Of a DNA stretch of 64,000 nucleotides, positions 1 through 9,895 are shown one piece after another. The stretch spans positions 186,001 through 250,000 of the IMG/VR virus record IMGVR_UViG_3300030385_002649; one strand, given 5' to 3'. A program made the translations under genes and the position numbers. Every line of letters starts with the position of its first letter. The first letter of the stretch is position 1. Under the pieces are notes generated by a model. It was not told where the DNA came from. It did not search any database and worked only from the letters and a program-made list of their open reading frames with translations.

Positions 1-25
1 ATCATGTTTCGTTTTTTCTTAGCCA

Positions 26-1261
26 TTAAACTATTTGCGCCTTAGCATTATAATCGTAACGATACAAATAAAGATCGGTGTACCAGCTGTCAGTTTCCAT
101 TCTATGGTTGAACCCATTGACTAGCCATTTTCCGCTTAAGAAAAAGTTTTCGTCGTCCAAGTCCTTCCATTCTAGATTTATATAGCCAACCCCTAACTTA
201 GTTGGATCATCAAACCGATGGTCTCCCAACACGCTAATTCTCATAGCCATAACCATAGGGAGCATATTCAAGTACATGTTTCTAGCTCGTCCGTCTATCC
301 ATTCATCATATTTCATGCCTATTTCACCAGCACTAAATTCAGGGATAGCAACTATAGATGTGGAGTATTCAGAATCAGACTTTGCAAACCCTCTTTTCTG
401 ATCGATGCCAACGTTCACTTTTTCGCTTGTGTTTAAGTCTTTTACAACCGTATTCTTAGGATCGGTCTTTTTGTCGATGAATTTACCAGATACGGTTGAA
501 ATGCCCTGCGTTACAACTTGATTTTGCAGAGCGGTAATATAAGTCGATGATAACATATTCCAGTCTTTAACATCGTTTTTCCCTTTCCCAAACGATGTTG
601 TATAACATGCTAATAGCTCTGGTTTTAGATCATGTTGCTGCTTGATGACCAATTTTCTGTCAACACTGAAAGTCATCCAGTTCGTTTTTTTCTGCCTAGA
701 CAGAGATGAGGACCATTCTAACAATGATTGGATAAAAGTTCTAGGATCCTGGCGCATCATGCCCCATTTCCCCTTATCATTATCATCAGTCTTCGTGATT
801 TCTAGCTTAATCTGGCCTCCAGTGTATTCTTTAACAACTTGAGTTATAACATCGCTAACATTACCGGTATAGACTTTCCCGCTACTGTCGCCAGCATTTA
901 AAAACCAAGTGGGCGGATCGATCGCAACGAACTCGAACATCCCCTCTGCTGGAGGGCCGAACACGTCCAAGTCGGTGATAAAGGCTACGCGCCTTTTGGC
1001 GACGCTCTTTGGGTTTCCAGCCCAAAATAGTTGAAATGTTACGGGGGTCGGTTCTTTCCGCGCGCTTTGTAGGAAGCTTCCGATTACTCCCGCTTTCTTT
1101 AAAATAGTGAAGTACGGGTCGTACATCCTAGCCTTTAAGACGTATCCGCCGTTTACAGTCGCTTTCCATTCCAATTGTTCAATCGATTTGATCCCTATTT
1201 CAGCGCTAGCTCCGATTGTCATCTTGCACGCTGGTGCCATTGAAATGGTGCGTTCGGACAT
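26..1261 (-). CDS. baseplate hub / late control D (gp27/VgrG-like) protein
   Basis: 411 aa; Y.G.VSDVI.QV motif, C-terminal LSGKWLV...H motif typical of gp27/GpD hub proteins; tail module context. Confidence 0.6.
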   Translation of the reverse strand: MSERTISMAPACKMTIGASAEIGIKSIEQLEWKATVNGGYVLKARMYDPYFTILKKAGVIGSFLQSARKEPTPVTFQLFWAGNPKSVAKRRVAFITDLDVFGPPAEGMFEFVAIDPPTWFLNAGDSSGKVYTGNVSDVITQVVKEYTGGQIKLEITKTDDNDKGKWGMMRQDPRTFIQSLLEWSSSLSRQKKTNWMTFSVDRKLVIKQQHDLKPELLACYTTSFGKGKNDVKDWNMLSSTYITALQNQVVTQGISTVSGKFIDKKTDPKNTVVKDLNTSEKVNVGIDQKRGFAKSDSEYSTSIVAIPEFSAGEIGMKYDEWIDGRARNMYLNMLPMVMAMRISVLGDHRFDDPTKLGVGYINLEWKDLDDENFFLSGKWLVNGFNHRMETDSWYTDLYLYRYDYNAKAQIV

Positions 1262-1629
1262 TATTTATTCCATTTCAGTTCAAAAGATCCAGTGGCGGTA
1301 ACGTTTCTGTCTGGTCCCTCGGTTTTGCCAAGACCACTTATAACATTTTCAGAAATGAAAATTGGCCTAATTCCTGGGTATTGTTCTTTAAACCACTTGA
1401 CTCTCTCGTCAACGCCTCGGCTTTCCAGATCGGTAACGTGCCTTTGGACTTTGCTGGTGTCTTGGATTTTAGAGGAGTCGACGCCAACTCTACATTGTTC
1501 TCCAGCGTGGTTCTTTACTCCAAGATCTAAAAATGTGAGACTGCCCGCAGCCAGAGATTTCCAGCTCTGACCTTCGTCCTTGTATTTCTGAGCTTTTTTA
1601 ATTCTCAATTGTATAATTCGGAGTTTCAT
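1261..1629 (-). CDS. hypothetical protein
   Basis: 122-aa ORF coupled to the hub gene; AT-rich upstream region. Confidence 0.6.
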   Translation of the reverse strand: MKLRIIQLRIKKAQKYKDEGQSWKSLAAGSLTFLDLGVKNHAGEQCRVGVDSSKIQDTSKVQRHVTDLESRGVDERVKWFKEQYPGIRPIFISENVISGLGKTEGPDRNVTATGSFELKWNK

Positions 1630-1678
1630 GTTTTATTTTTCATTTATTTATGGCTGGTATTTTACCATTGGTTTCTCT

Positions 1679-2773
1679 ATGAAAAAATTCAGACCAATAA
1701 AATTATCTCCCGAGCAAATCGAAGACTGGGTTGCCAGACATTTCGATTACAAAAAACGGCGAGGAGGCGAAGAGCTATTAATCAACAACCCTTTTATACC
1801 AGGAGATTCAGGGTTTAAGTTTAACATCTCAATGTACCCCAAAGAGAACAAGCACAAAACAACAGGACACTGGGTCCACGATTGGCGTCCTAGTGCCTCG
1901 ATGTACAACGGTAGTTTTATCAAGTTTGTGATGAATTATCGAGGTCTAGACTTCCGATCAGCCCTGAAAGAGGTTTGTGGAGACGACATCGATTTGAAGG
2001 CGTTATCTCGGCCTTACCGGAAAAAGAAAGAAGAGATCGAGGAAGAGGAAGAACCAGAAATCATCATGGAACTCCCAAAATTAGCAGTTCCAATCGACAA
2101 CGATAAATGGCCTAGACTGAGGAAAATTGCTCTCCATTATTTAGCCGGTCGAGGGATCACCGAAAAAGACGCCAAGGCTTACAAGCTGCATTATACCCCA
2201 ACAATGATCATATTTCCTTATTTAGAGTATGGAATGATCGTTTATTGGCAAGGGCGAACCTTCTCCAAGAGCGTGAAACAATTCGAGTTCCCGTCCTATT
2301 CTAACAAATCCGATTTCATCTATGGCTTCGATTATGCAGAACCTGGGCACCCAGTTTTTATTACCGAAGCTATCATTGACTCTATGACACTTGGCCCAGG
2401 CGGTCTAGGGACCGGTGGGGCTTCGATTATTGAAAATCAGAAACGGAAGATTAGAGCTATCGGCCCTTCTATAGTGGTTTTAGCCCCTGACAATGACCAA
2501 GAGGGCTATTCATCATTATACAAAAACTATCAACTGTTGAGGCCATATCACAAAGTTCATTATGTGTTGCCGCCAGATCCCTATAAGGATTGGAACCAAA
2601 TGGCCTGTGGTGATAAAGAGCTTGATGGGATCGGCATCCCAAAGGTTAGACAATATGCTCAGAGCAATTTTAAGCCAGTGACGACGTCTGTTGCTATCAA
2701 GTATCGTAAGATGGCTACTAAATTGAAAGGGATTAAGACGCCCGGTCTAATTGCCCCTGGAGATTTGTATTAG
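1679..2773 (+). CDS. DNA primase (DnaG/T4 gp61-like, TOPRIM)
   Basis: YLAGRGI, YWQGRT, TOPRIM motifs FITEAIIDS, APDNDQEG and KDWN; start moved to ATG 1679 (MKKFRP). Confidence 0.85.
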   Translation: MKKFRPIKLSPEQIEDWVARHFDYKKRRGGEELLINNPFIPGDSGFKFNISMYPKENKHKTTGHWVHDWRPSASMYNGSFIKFVMNYRGLDFRSALKEVCGDDIDLKALSRPYRKKKEEIEEEEEPEIIMELPKLAVPIDNDKWPRLRKIALHYLAGRGITEKDAKAYKLHYTPTMIIFPYLEYGMIVYWQGRTFSKSVKQFEFPSYSNKSDFIYGFDYAEPGHPVFITEAIIDSMTLGPGGLGTGGASIIENQKRKIRAIGPSIVVLAPDNDQEGYSSLYKNYQLLRPYHKVHYVLPPDPYKDWNQMACGDKELDGIGIPKVRQYAQSNFKPVTTSVAIKYRKMATKLKGIKTPGLIAPGDLY

Positions 2774-2969
2774 GCCCTCGATCTGGGACGGAATATTGAA
2801 GGCTTTGCATCATAGCCCAGGATCGGTCTTTAGCGTCCTGTTCCTCTTTGTCGTCTTGTTCTTGATTCTTGCTTTTCTTAGATTTCGGTCTATCATCGGC
2901 TGAGACTTTTTCAAAAGCTTTCTTCTTCTTTTTGTCTTTTTGGTCCTGGTGCAGTTTACTCAGACGCAT
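2733..2969 (-). CDS. small charged hypothetical protein
   Basis: K/D/E-rich ORF coupled to the upstream ORF. Confidence 0.5.
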   Translation of the reverse strand: MRLSKLHQDQKDKKKKKAFEKVSADDRPKSKKSKNQEQDDKEEQDAKDRSWAMMQSLQYSVPDRGPNTNLQGQLDRAS

Positions 2970-3477
2970 CTGGGTCTCCCATGCCTAGATCCTTCTTAAG
3001 CTTGTCTAGCTCATCTCCTTCAATGTCGTCGTCTTCTTCTTTCTCTTCTGTTTCGCCAGATGCCTGGTTGACGTCCAGCGCGCCTCGACGTCGAGACTGT
3101 TCTGTCTTTCCGCCCTCCTTTTTAGCTGCGTGTCCGATAACTGGGACTTTACTAACAGGGCTGGGGGCGCTGGGACCTTGGCCGAGAGCGCCCGCCCCTT
3201 TAGAATTGTCGTGAGGTTTAACATTCCTTTGTTTGAATGTTTCTAAGATTGCGCAGAGCCGGTCTTCTAGTCCTTCGGTTACAAATGGGTCGTCTTTAGT
3301 TTGGTCTCTGTGTCCGCTCCTGCCTGACATCGGCATGGCGTCAACTTCGTCGAGGTCTCCTCCAAATTCTGGTGTGTTCATATCTTCGGGTTTCTCTTCG
3401 ACTTCTTCGTCGTCCATTGCTTTGGACAATTTTTTGAAGACTGCTTTTCTTTTCTTTTGGCTCTCGTAGATCATCAT
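2956..3477 (-). CDS. acidic low-complexity hypothetical protein (possible head-internal protein)
   Basis: 173 aa, E/D-rich, in the late operon. Confidence 0.6.
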   Translation of the reverse strand: MMIYESQKKRKAVFKKLSKAMDDEEVEEKPEDMNTPEFGGDLDEVDAMPMSGRSGHRDQTKDDPFVTEGLEDRLCAILETFKQRNVKPHDNSKGAGALGQGPSAPSPVSKVPVIGHAAKKEGGKTEQSRRRGALDVNQASGETEEKEEDDDIEGDELDKLKKDLGMGDPDASE

Positions 3478-4244
3478 TATTGCACCGTGAAACTAAATTC
3501 TTCGCTAATTACAACTGAGCCGTCAGAAAGAGGGACTTTAATTCGGTATCGATAAGTCCCTCTCAACAGCAATCTTGTATCAATAAGGCATTGTACAACG
3601 AAAGGCGAGTTAAGATGTGATCCTTGGCGGATACCAATATTGCATGGAGCGTCGACAAGACCGGCTATAAGTTCTTTGTGTGTTGTCGACACGGTAATTG
3701 TTGGGTTTAATTGAGCGATAGAAGGAGCGAACTTATTATAGTCGAAATCGTGTTTTGGAAGAGGATGGAGGGCTACTTCTATAGTCCTTATTTCTCCGCG
3801 TCTTAACTTCTTATCTAAAGGTTCAAAGCCAAGTCGTTTAGTATGCAGTAGGTCATCTACGATCCATGAATCATCTAGTACCCAGAATTGACCTTGTTGA
3901 GAAAGCCAGAGACTTTCGTCATCCGGGTCCCCTGTTCCTATGTCCTCTGGCAGGAAGCTCCACACGTCGACATATACGTCGTCCACAGCGAAGTCATCAG
4001 GAATAGCGAAAAGTGCTTCGAACTGCCCGGCCCCCGTGTCGTGAATGAGTGGAAAGGGATATAGCGGGTCGGACGGGGGAGGCACAATGATTTGGCTAAC
4101 CAGCTGGCCTGGCCTCACAAACCCCCTATAGACGTCAATTCGCCTTACTGCATATGGATCTTCCTTCAGTCCGTTATGCACAAAAGACATGTTGAGCCGT
4201 ACTGTTCTTCCGGCTCTTCCTGCAATTCTTGGGTAGGCACTCAC
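3477..4244 (-). CDS. hypothetical virion protein
   Basis: 255 aa, beta-rich; TAAAGATA motif just upstream. Confidence 0.6.
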   Translation of the reverse strand: MSAYPRIAGRAGRTVRLNMSFVHNGLKEDPYAVRRIDVYRGFVRPGQLVSQIIVPPPSDPLYPFPLIHDTGAGQFEALFAIPDDFAVDDVYVDVWSFLPEDIGTGDPDDESLWLSQQGQFWVLDDSWIVDDLLHTKRLGFEPLDKKLRRGEIRTIEVALHPLPKHDFDYNKFAPSIAQLNPTITVSTTHKELIAGLVDAPCNIGIRQGSHLNSPFVVQCLIDTRLLLRGTYRYRIKVPLSDGSVVISEEFSFTVQ

Positions 4245-4253
4245 AAATTATCT

Positions 4254-4409
4254 TTACATCTGGCGATGATTGAGCTTGCCGCTATTTTCGATGTCTTCGT
4301 TTTCTTTCTTGATTCGTTTAACCCACCACCGTCTTTCTTCAGCGGTCATACATGTTAGCTCGATATCGCTAAGTCCGTTACCACGTTTCAGAAGGTACCA
4401 TTCCTCCAT
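4254..4409 (-). CDS. gp51-like baseplate/tail assembly protein (possibly the frameshift extension of the upstream gene)
   Basis: GLSDIELTCMTAEERRWWVKRI resembles the T4 gp51 family; its frame stays open upstream through the gp26 FF codons. Confidence 0.6.
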   Translation of the reverse strand: MEEWYLLKRGNGLSDIELTCMTAEERRWWVKRIKKENEDIENSGKLNHRQM

Positions 4410-4422
4410 GATGTGGTTCCAT

Positions 4423-5454
4423 TCACTCTCTAGGTCGCTTGGGCTTCGTTGGACGAAAAAACGACTCCGTGACTGGGAGGCCCACAGAGAACTTAGCGCC
4501 ACAATCAGAGTAGGTGCACTTGGTGTCGATAGAAGTATCGATTCCTGGGGATTTATCGTTCAAGAAATCCATGATAGTGTGGATATCTCTAGAATGCATC
4601 CTTTCGACAACAGTTCTAATCTTGAAACGATCAGTCTCACCCATTACGTTGACGATAATTCTGTTAATATTCTTTTCTAGAGTGTCGTCAACAGATTCTC
4701 CACGCTCTTTAATCTCGTCACGAGCTTGTTGACGAGTTTTCTTCTTACTTTTCTTATTCTTAGCTCTAGCACGACCAACGCTATTAGCGGCTTGAGCGTC
4801 AGGGTTGAGAATATCAAGCATATCATATCCTCTAAGGAATCTGATCTTAACCCAAAATTCTGCGTTAGGATGCTTAATTTTAATGCGCTTTGTGGCTTCT
4901 GGAAGCACGATTCTAAATGGTTCTTCACCAAGCGAATGATCTGGCTCACTAACTGTTTCGTACAACTCTACCAAATCGTATTCGTGTTCGCTAGGACGTT
5001 CGCATTCTGGACAAGGAAGAATAAATTCATACTCATTCCCGTGAGTAATACCTCTTAGATAATAGAGGAGAAATACTCGGTCTTCAGCCAGCAAGTCAGC
5101 ATGCTCAAAACCATTAGGGAGTTTCACGTGTCTTTTGAAAAGTTGCTCAATAGCTTGGCCTGTCCTGACAAGTCTCTGAGTCGCCATAGCCTTATCAGCA
5201 TATAATCCCCACGGCTTTACCTCTACCAGACCTCCTGGGATCATACCTTCGTAGTAGAGGCCCTTACTTGGCAGAGTCGTCTGCTCCCATGGCCTAATTT
5301 CTTCGATTGGAGTGTTTAAGTAATCGTCCAACAGTGCGGATGGATCAACCAATTCGGCGTCTGCGCCTTCTTCGGTCGCAACTGGAGTTTCAACAGTATC
5401 GTTACGTTTAAAGTCTGCAGGAAGTTGGACTGGAATTTCGTGCTCGTCGGACAT
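4423..5454 (-). CDS. gp26-like baseplate hub/tail assembly chaperone
   Basis: LPSKGLYY, DRVFLLYYLRGITHG, CPEC and C..C motifs, C-terminal FFRP; directly after the tail tube genes. Confidence 0.75.
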   Translation of the reverse strand: MSDEHEIPVQLPADFKRNDTVETPVATEEGADAELVDPSALLDDYLNTPIEEIRPWEQTTLPSKGLYYEGMIPGGLVEVKPWGLYADKAMATQRLVRTGQAIEQLFKRHVKLPNGFEHADLLAEDRVFLLYYLRGITHGNEYEFILPCPECERPSEHEYDLVELYETVSEPDHSLGEEPFRIVLPEATKRIKIKHPNAEFWVKIRFLRGYDMLDILNPDAQAANSVGRARAKNKKSKKKTRQQARDEIKERGESVDDTLEKNINRIIVNVMGETDRFKIRTVVERMHSRDIHTIMDFLNDKSPGIDTSIDTKCTYSDCGAKFSVGLPVTESFFRPTKPKRPRE

Positions 5455-5478
5455 GATTACACCTCGACTTATCTACAC

Positions 5479-6132
5479 TTAGAATCCTTGAGCCGCGCTG
5501 ATTATATCTTGCGCTGTTGGTACTGGTCCTGGGCCGGAACTAGTTGGCCTGTCCTTAATCTCGATCACAGCGTGAGAGAATACATAAGTTACAATCAACA
5601 ATTTTACGTCAGAAGAATCGTATGATAATTCCCCATGGTCGACGTTGATAGGATAGGAGTTCTTAAGCGTGAACTTTTGCTGTTCTTTTCCTTGTCCGTC
5701 TAACAATTTGAAAATTGGTTCGCCCATATAGGCGTCGACAATTTTCATGCCCTCGTCTGGAGTCCAGATCTTATCTTGCCAATCTCTGAAAATCTGATGG
5801 AGTCCGTAGACGTCATAAAATTCGACGACAACATTTTCCCATTTTGCTTTCTTTGGGAAGCTATAAGTGAGCGAACCGGCGTTTACCTTCACCTCTTCGA
5901 ATGATAAAGATGGGAGTTTCAGGCTCTTAGCATACAGTTTAAGGTCGCCCTTACTAGCCATACCAGAGGCATTGAAGCCGCCTCTGGTCTGAGTCCCACC
6001 TACGTTGTTGTTAGAGTTCGAAGACATTGGCACACCGATGTCTTCTATCATCCATCGGTGTGCTCTATGAAATTCTGCTTTGTAGTTAGGGTTTTGCCCT
6101 TTTTCTTTTCCAGAGATCGCAAAACCTGGCAT
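5479..6132 (-). CDS. tail tube protein (gp19-like) 2
   Basis: RAHRW, KWENVVVEFYD and GELSYDSSD motifs of the T4 gp19 family. Confidence 0.8.
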   Translation of the reverse strand: MPGFAISGKEKGQNPNYKAEFHRAHRWMIEDIGVPMSSNSNNNVGGTQTRGGFNASGMASKGDLKLYAKSLKLPSLSFEEVKVNAGSLTYSFPKKAKWENVVVEFYDVYGLHQIFRDWQDKIWTPDEGMKIVDAYMGEPIFKLLDGQGKEQQKFTLKNSYPINVDHGELSYDSSDVKLLIVTYVFSHAVIEIKDRPTSSGPGPVPTAQDIISAAQGF

Positions 6133-6147
6133 TATTTAGCCCTTCTA

Positions 6148-6690
6148 TTAACGGCCGCTAATTCTTTCTGCTCTGTCGAATTTGACGACAACCGAAACCA
6201 ATTGTACGTTGCTGTCGCCATAATCCAACTCGTTCCAGTTGGTATCTTGGCACCAGGCTCCAAAGACTCTCCAGATTTCGTCTACGCCACCCTGACCATC
6301 GGTCATTTGGACTTCGAATTCAACTTTATATTCAGAAGGCAAAGCGACTGTCGCGTTGCCGATCTGAGTACACTTGGTGACCCAAGCGTAAATTCTTGAA
6401 GACATCGAACCACGAAGGCTCTTGCCGCCGACAGCATCATAGAACTCTAGGTTTAGAGTATCCCATGATTGCTTACCGGCGAAGGATGCGACTTCCTGGT
6501 CGTGGTGTACTTCAGCAGGCTCTACCTTGAAACTTGGCCTTGCAGCTTTGCTTAGGTAGAGAAATTCCCTAGAGTTGATGACGAAAGCATCTTCAAAGTT
6601 GGTTAGACGCCAACGATGCTTACGACGGAACTCTGCCTTGAAGTCTTTACTTTGACTTTCTGGAGTGTTGTTAATTGCAAAACCAGGCAT
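6148..6690 (-). CDS. tail tube protein (gp19-like) 1
   Basis: RKHRW, FAGKQSWDTLNLEFYD, ELDYGDS; follows the sheath gene. Confidence 0.85.
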   Translation of the reverse strand: MPGFAINNTPESQSKDFKAEFRRKHRWRLTNFEDAFVINSREFLYLSKAARPSFKVEPAEVHHDQEVASFAGKQSWDTLNLEFYDAVGGKSLRGSMSSRIYAWVTKCTQIGNATVALPSEYKVEFEVQMTDGQGGVDEIWRVFGAWCQDTNWNELDYGDSNVQLVSVVVKFDRAERISGR

Positions 6691-6699
6691 TATTACCCC

Positions 6700-9561
6700 T
6701 TACTGTGGTGCGAATTCGTTTGTTACGTCGATCCCAGCGGCAGCCAGTACTTCATCAGCGGAGAAGCTCTGGTCTGTTCTGAGAACGGCTAGATTAAGAA
6801 CAACGAATTCTACTGTTCTCGTAGGTTTGATGAGCACGCTGACCCACAACTCGTTACGATCCCTGCGGATAGGCGTGTTGTTAGTTTCGTCGACAGTCAC
6901 TCGGAAGGCCGTCAAGCCTCTTCTAGCCTTAACATCGTTAAGGAATGGAGTGATCGTAGCGCTTACTTGGCCCCACAGGATGCTATCGTTAGGCTCGAAC
7001 AAGAAGTTCCTGAGAAGAGGGATTAGGCCCTTCTTCAAGAATATCAATAGCAATCTGACGTTTACGCGGTCAAGAGCAGAGTCTCGACGTTGTAGAGTCC
7101 TCTGACCGAAAACCGTAATCCCATCTTGTGGGAAGTTGACGATTGGGTTGACTGCGTTGTTGAATCCGTAAAGCAGATTGCGCTCACCTTGAGTTGGGTT
7201 GAATTCAACATCAAGTGCTGTGAGTAGACGACCTCTGTTGAGACCGGCTGGAGCGAACCAAGGCTCGGCAACTCTAGCTGTACGAGCATAAACTGCGGCG
7301 ACGTGTCCCGATGGTGGTACGAAGATTGTTCCGCCGTTGAATTGGTCGAAGATTTCGATCCAAGACCAGTAGAGCGCACCGTACGAACTGTTGAGAGCAG
7401 CACTAAGATCACTGAACAGCATTCCGTTGTGCCAATCAACCACTTGTTGTGGGCGTAATCCGAATGGTGGATCGATGATGGCAAGGCAATCACCACGACG
7501 TTCGCACATTTGAAGCGCTTCAGCAATCACGGCTCCGGAGTTGAATCCTGGGGTCATGAGAAGCGTAATGTTAAACGTTTCGCTATTCTGGAATGCGTTC
7601 ATTCCAGTGCTTCTGTCGCGGCTTCCGATTACGACTCTGTCAAGCTCTGAGCTATAGACAGCGTCGAGAGGAATCCCATTAGCCATTCCTTCGAATTCTC
7701 TACGAGCGATCTCGCCTGGGCTTCTAACTTCGAAGTTAGATGCGTCATTCAGATCGTTCATCAAGTAAACTGGACGCTCTTCCCAATTGAAGTATCCGTT
7801 ACCGTTAACGCCGCCCAGGGAACTCCCTGTGTTTACGACATTTGCGATATAGCGAGCATCTGTTGGGTCGAATGATACGTCGTCTACCTGACTATCAGGA
7901 ATTGTGAGGCCAGCAGGATCCAGCAACCTTACGGTATATCGTCCTGGTTGGTTGTTATAGTTCTCAAGAATCAGGACGTGATCAGCGAGCCATGTTCCAG
8001 CGGAAGGAGCGACAAACCAACCAACAACATTGTCGTAATAAGCAATATCTAGTGCGCACTGAGCGCTAGCTGGGTCTGTCTCACACGACAACGGAACTTC
8101 AGGAGTGATCACACCAGATTCTGGCAGCGAAACTCGTGGGTCGAAGAACGTTCTGAAATCACGAGTCGAAACGTTAAAGTTTAGCTCTTCCGAGAACCTT
8201 AGCGTCTTGATATTACTGAAGTTAGACAGCATGCGAAGCTTGCCGAACTGGTGGTCGACATCAGTGATGATATAGACTCTTTTATCGTCATCAGTTACTT
8301 GAATCGTAACTGCTTCGTAATACCTTGATCCGCTTGAGATTCCGCCGAGGTTGAGGGAATTTGCAACCGAGTCTGGAGTAGCAGATGTACTAACAGCGAC
8401 TGTGGCCGCCAGATTTGTTACTGTGTCTGATTCCACAACGTCAACGTTAACTCTGTTGTTGTTAGAGTTGATGTTATAAGGGCCAGTGTCGATTCCTACT
8501 AGGAAGCTTCTTGGAATGTCTAGAGCCCATTTCTGGACGCCAGCTTCCAATGCGAAAGCTTCAGTTCCAGTTAGTTGGATTCTTTCTCCAGCGACTACCG
8601 TCCTTAGGAAAAGGTCTGTGCCGTCGTATCCCGAAATGAAGTCTACCGAGGTTCCAACTAGGGCGTTGAAATCTGCGACGAAATCGTCTGGGTCTGTGTA
8701 TTCTGCTGTAGCAAAGGCGAAGGAACCAGGCACGCTGGCCGCACCTTCTACTTCGACTGAGAATGTTAGGTTGTCTGGTCTCACAGCGAACGTGAATGTA
8801 TCGTCTGCTTCGATTTGAGAAGAGCCGGTCACTTCAATTCTGAAGATTAGACCAGAGTCGTCGTCGCCTGAACCAACTGCCACTGGGGCCGAGATTCCGG
8901 TTGTCGATTCTACTAATTCTCCGGACGCAACAATTGCGCCATCGCTACCACGGGTTACAGTATATTCTGCGCCATCCAGAAGACCACTAGTTGGGTCTGA
9001 AGTGATTAGGACGGTGAATCCGTCGTCAACTGCTCCAACGTAAGCGTCTGAAAGATCAGATCCTACGAAGCTGAGTGTTGCTACTGTTGGTCCGTCGGTC
9101 GTCGAAACGTCGATATCGTTATAGTCGATATCTAGAACTGCGTCGGTGTGAAACGAAAGTGGTGCTTCGTCAGTTGGAACTCGCAGGTTGATTCGACCGA
9201 AGTCGATCCCACGGAATACTGACACTCTGCCCCAGCCTTGGATTCTAGTACCGCTTGTATCGATACAAATATCTGCCAGTTCATCTGGTTGGCCTTCGTC
9301 ACAGTTAACACCGACTCTTAGAACCCACGCTGAATTACCTTCTTCAAGATAGGCGAGAACTGCGTATCCGAGGTTAGCTTCAGGAAGTGGTGTTCCGAAC
9401 ATTTCAACGAATTGTTCAGGTGTTGTAATGAATGTAGGCTCATCCATCGGGCCTTTTTGTGCGGTCCCGACGATAGCTGGTATGATGGTAGAATCGTTAG
9501 CCGGAAGAACGCTTAAATCGATCTCCCTGGGGAAAACACCTGGTGATAAAAAGGTAGGCAT
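6700..9561 (-). CDS. tail sheath protein (gp18-like)
   Basis: N-terminal FLSPGVFPREIDLS; C-terminal PWFAPAGLNRG, VFGQRTL and SALDRVNVRLL. Confidence 0.95.
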   Translation of the reverse strand: MPTFLSPGVFPREIDLSVLPANDSTIIPAIVGTAQKGPMDEPTFITTPEQFVEMFGTPLPEANLGYAVLAYLEEGNSAWVLRVGVNCDEGQPDELADICIDTSGTRIQGWGRVSVFRGIDFGRINLRVPTDEAPLSFHTDAVLDIDYNDIDVSTTDGPTVATLSFVGSDLSDAYVGAVDDGFTVLITSDPTSGLLDGAEYTVTRGSDGAIVASGELVESTTGISAPVAVGSGDDDSGLIFRIEVTGSSQIEADDTFTFAVRPDNLTFSVEVEGAASVPGSFAFATAEYTDPDDFVADFNALVGTSVDFISGYDGTDLFLRTVVAGERIQLTGTEAFALEAGVQKWALDIPRSFLVGIDTGPYNINSNNNRVNVDVVESDTVTNLAATVAVSTSATPDSVANSLNLGGISSGSRYYEAVTIQVTDDDKRVYIITDVDHQFGKLRMLSNFSNIKTLRFSEELNFNVSTRDFRTFFDPRVSLPESGVITPEVPLSCETDPASAQCALDIAYYDNVVGWFVAPSAGTWLADHVLILENYNNQPGRYTVRLLDPAGLTIPDSQVDDVSFDPTDARYIANVVNTGSSLGGVNGNGYFNWEERPVYLMNDLNDASNFEVRSPGEIARREFEGMANGIPLDAVYSSELDRVVIGSRDRSTGMNAFQNSETFNITLLMTPGFNSGAVIAEALQMCERRGDCLAIIDPPFGLRPQQVVDWHNGMLFSDLSAALNSSYGALYWSWIEIFDQFNGGTIFVPPSGHVAAVYARTARVAEPWFAPAGLNRGRLLTALDVEFNPTQGERNLLYGFNNAVNPIVNFPQDGITVFGQRTLQRRDSALDRVNVRLLLIFLKKGLIPLLRNFLFEPNDSILWGQVSATITPFLNDVKARRGLTAFRVTVDETNNTPIRRDRNELWVSVLIKPTRTVEFVVLNLAVLRTDQSFSADEVLAAAGIDVTNEFAPQ

Positions 9562-9595
9562 TCAATTCTCCTTTGCTAAGAATATATTTGATTAA

Positions 9596-9895
9596 TCATC
9601 TAGAAGACTTTAGGACTTGAATTCTTCCCTGCTTTTGCAAATTTGCAATCTGATCAGGGTATAGACGATGTTTCGGAAACTTCGACATCCTTTGTGGATA
9701 AAGCATTGCTGCTTGCTCTCCAACAAACCAGTCGACGCCTGCAGGCGATTTCAGCTGGATAGGAAGCGTCTGTTTCTTGCTTTTGTTAATAATCAACACG
9801 TATTCAACACTGTCGCGGGTCTTTTTGATCCGTCTAAGCTCGCGTTGGGTTAACGGTCTTTTTTGTGGTGTATTCATTCTTTTTTTATCCGTCAC
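9596..9895 (-). CDS. small basic hypothetical protein
   Basis: ORF between gp15 and the sheath. Confidence 0.6.
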   Translation of the reverse strand: MTDKKRMNTPQKRPLTQRELRRIKKTRDSVEYVLIINKSKKQTLPIQLKSPAGVDWFVGEQAAMLYPQRMSKFPKHRLYPDQIANLQKQGRIQVLKSSR

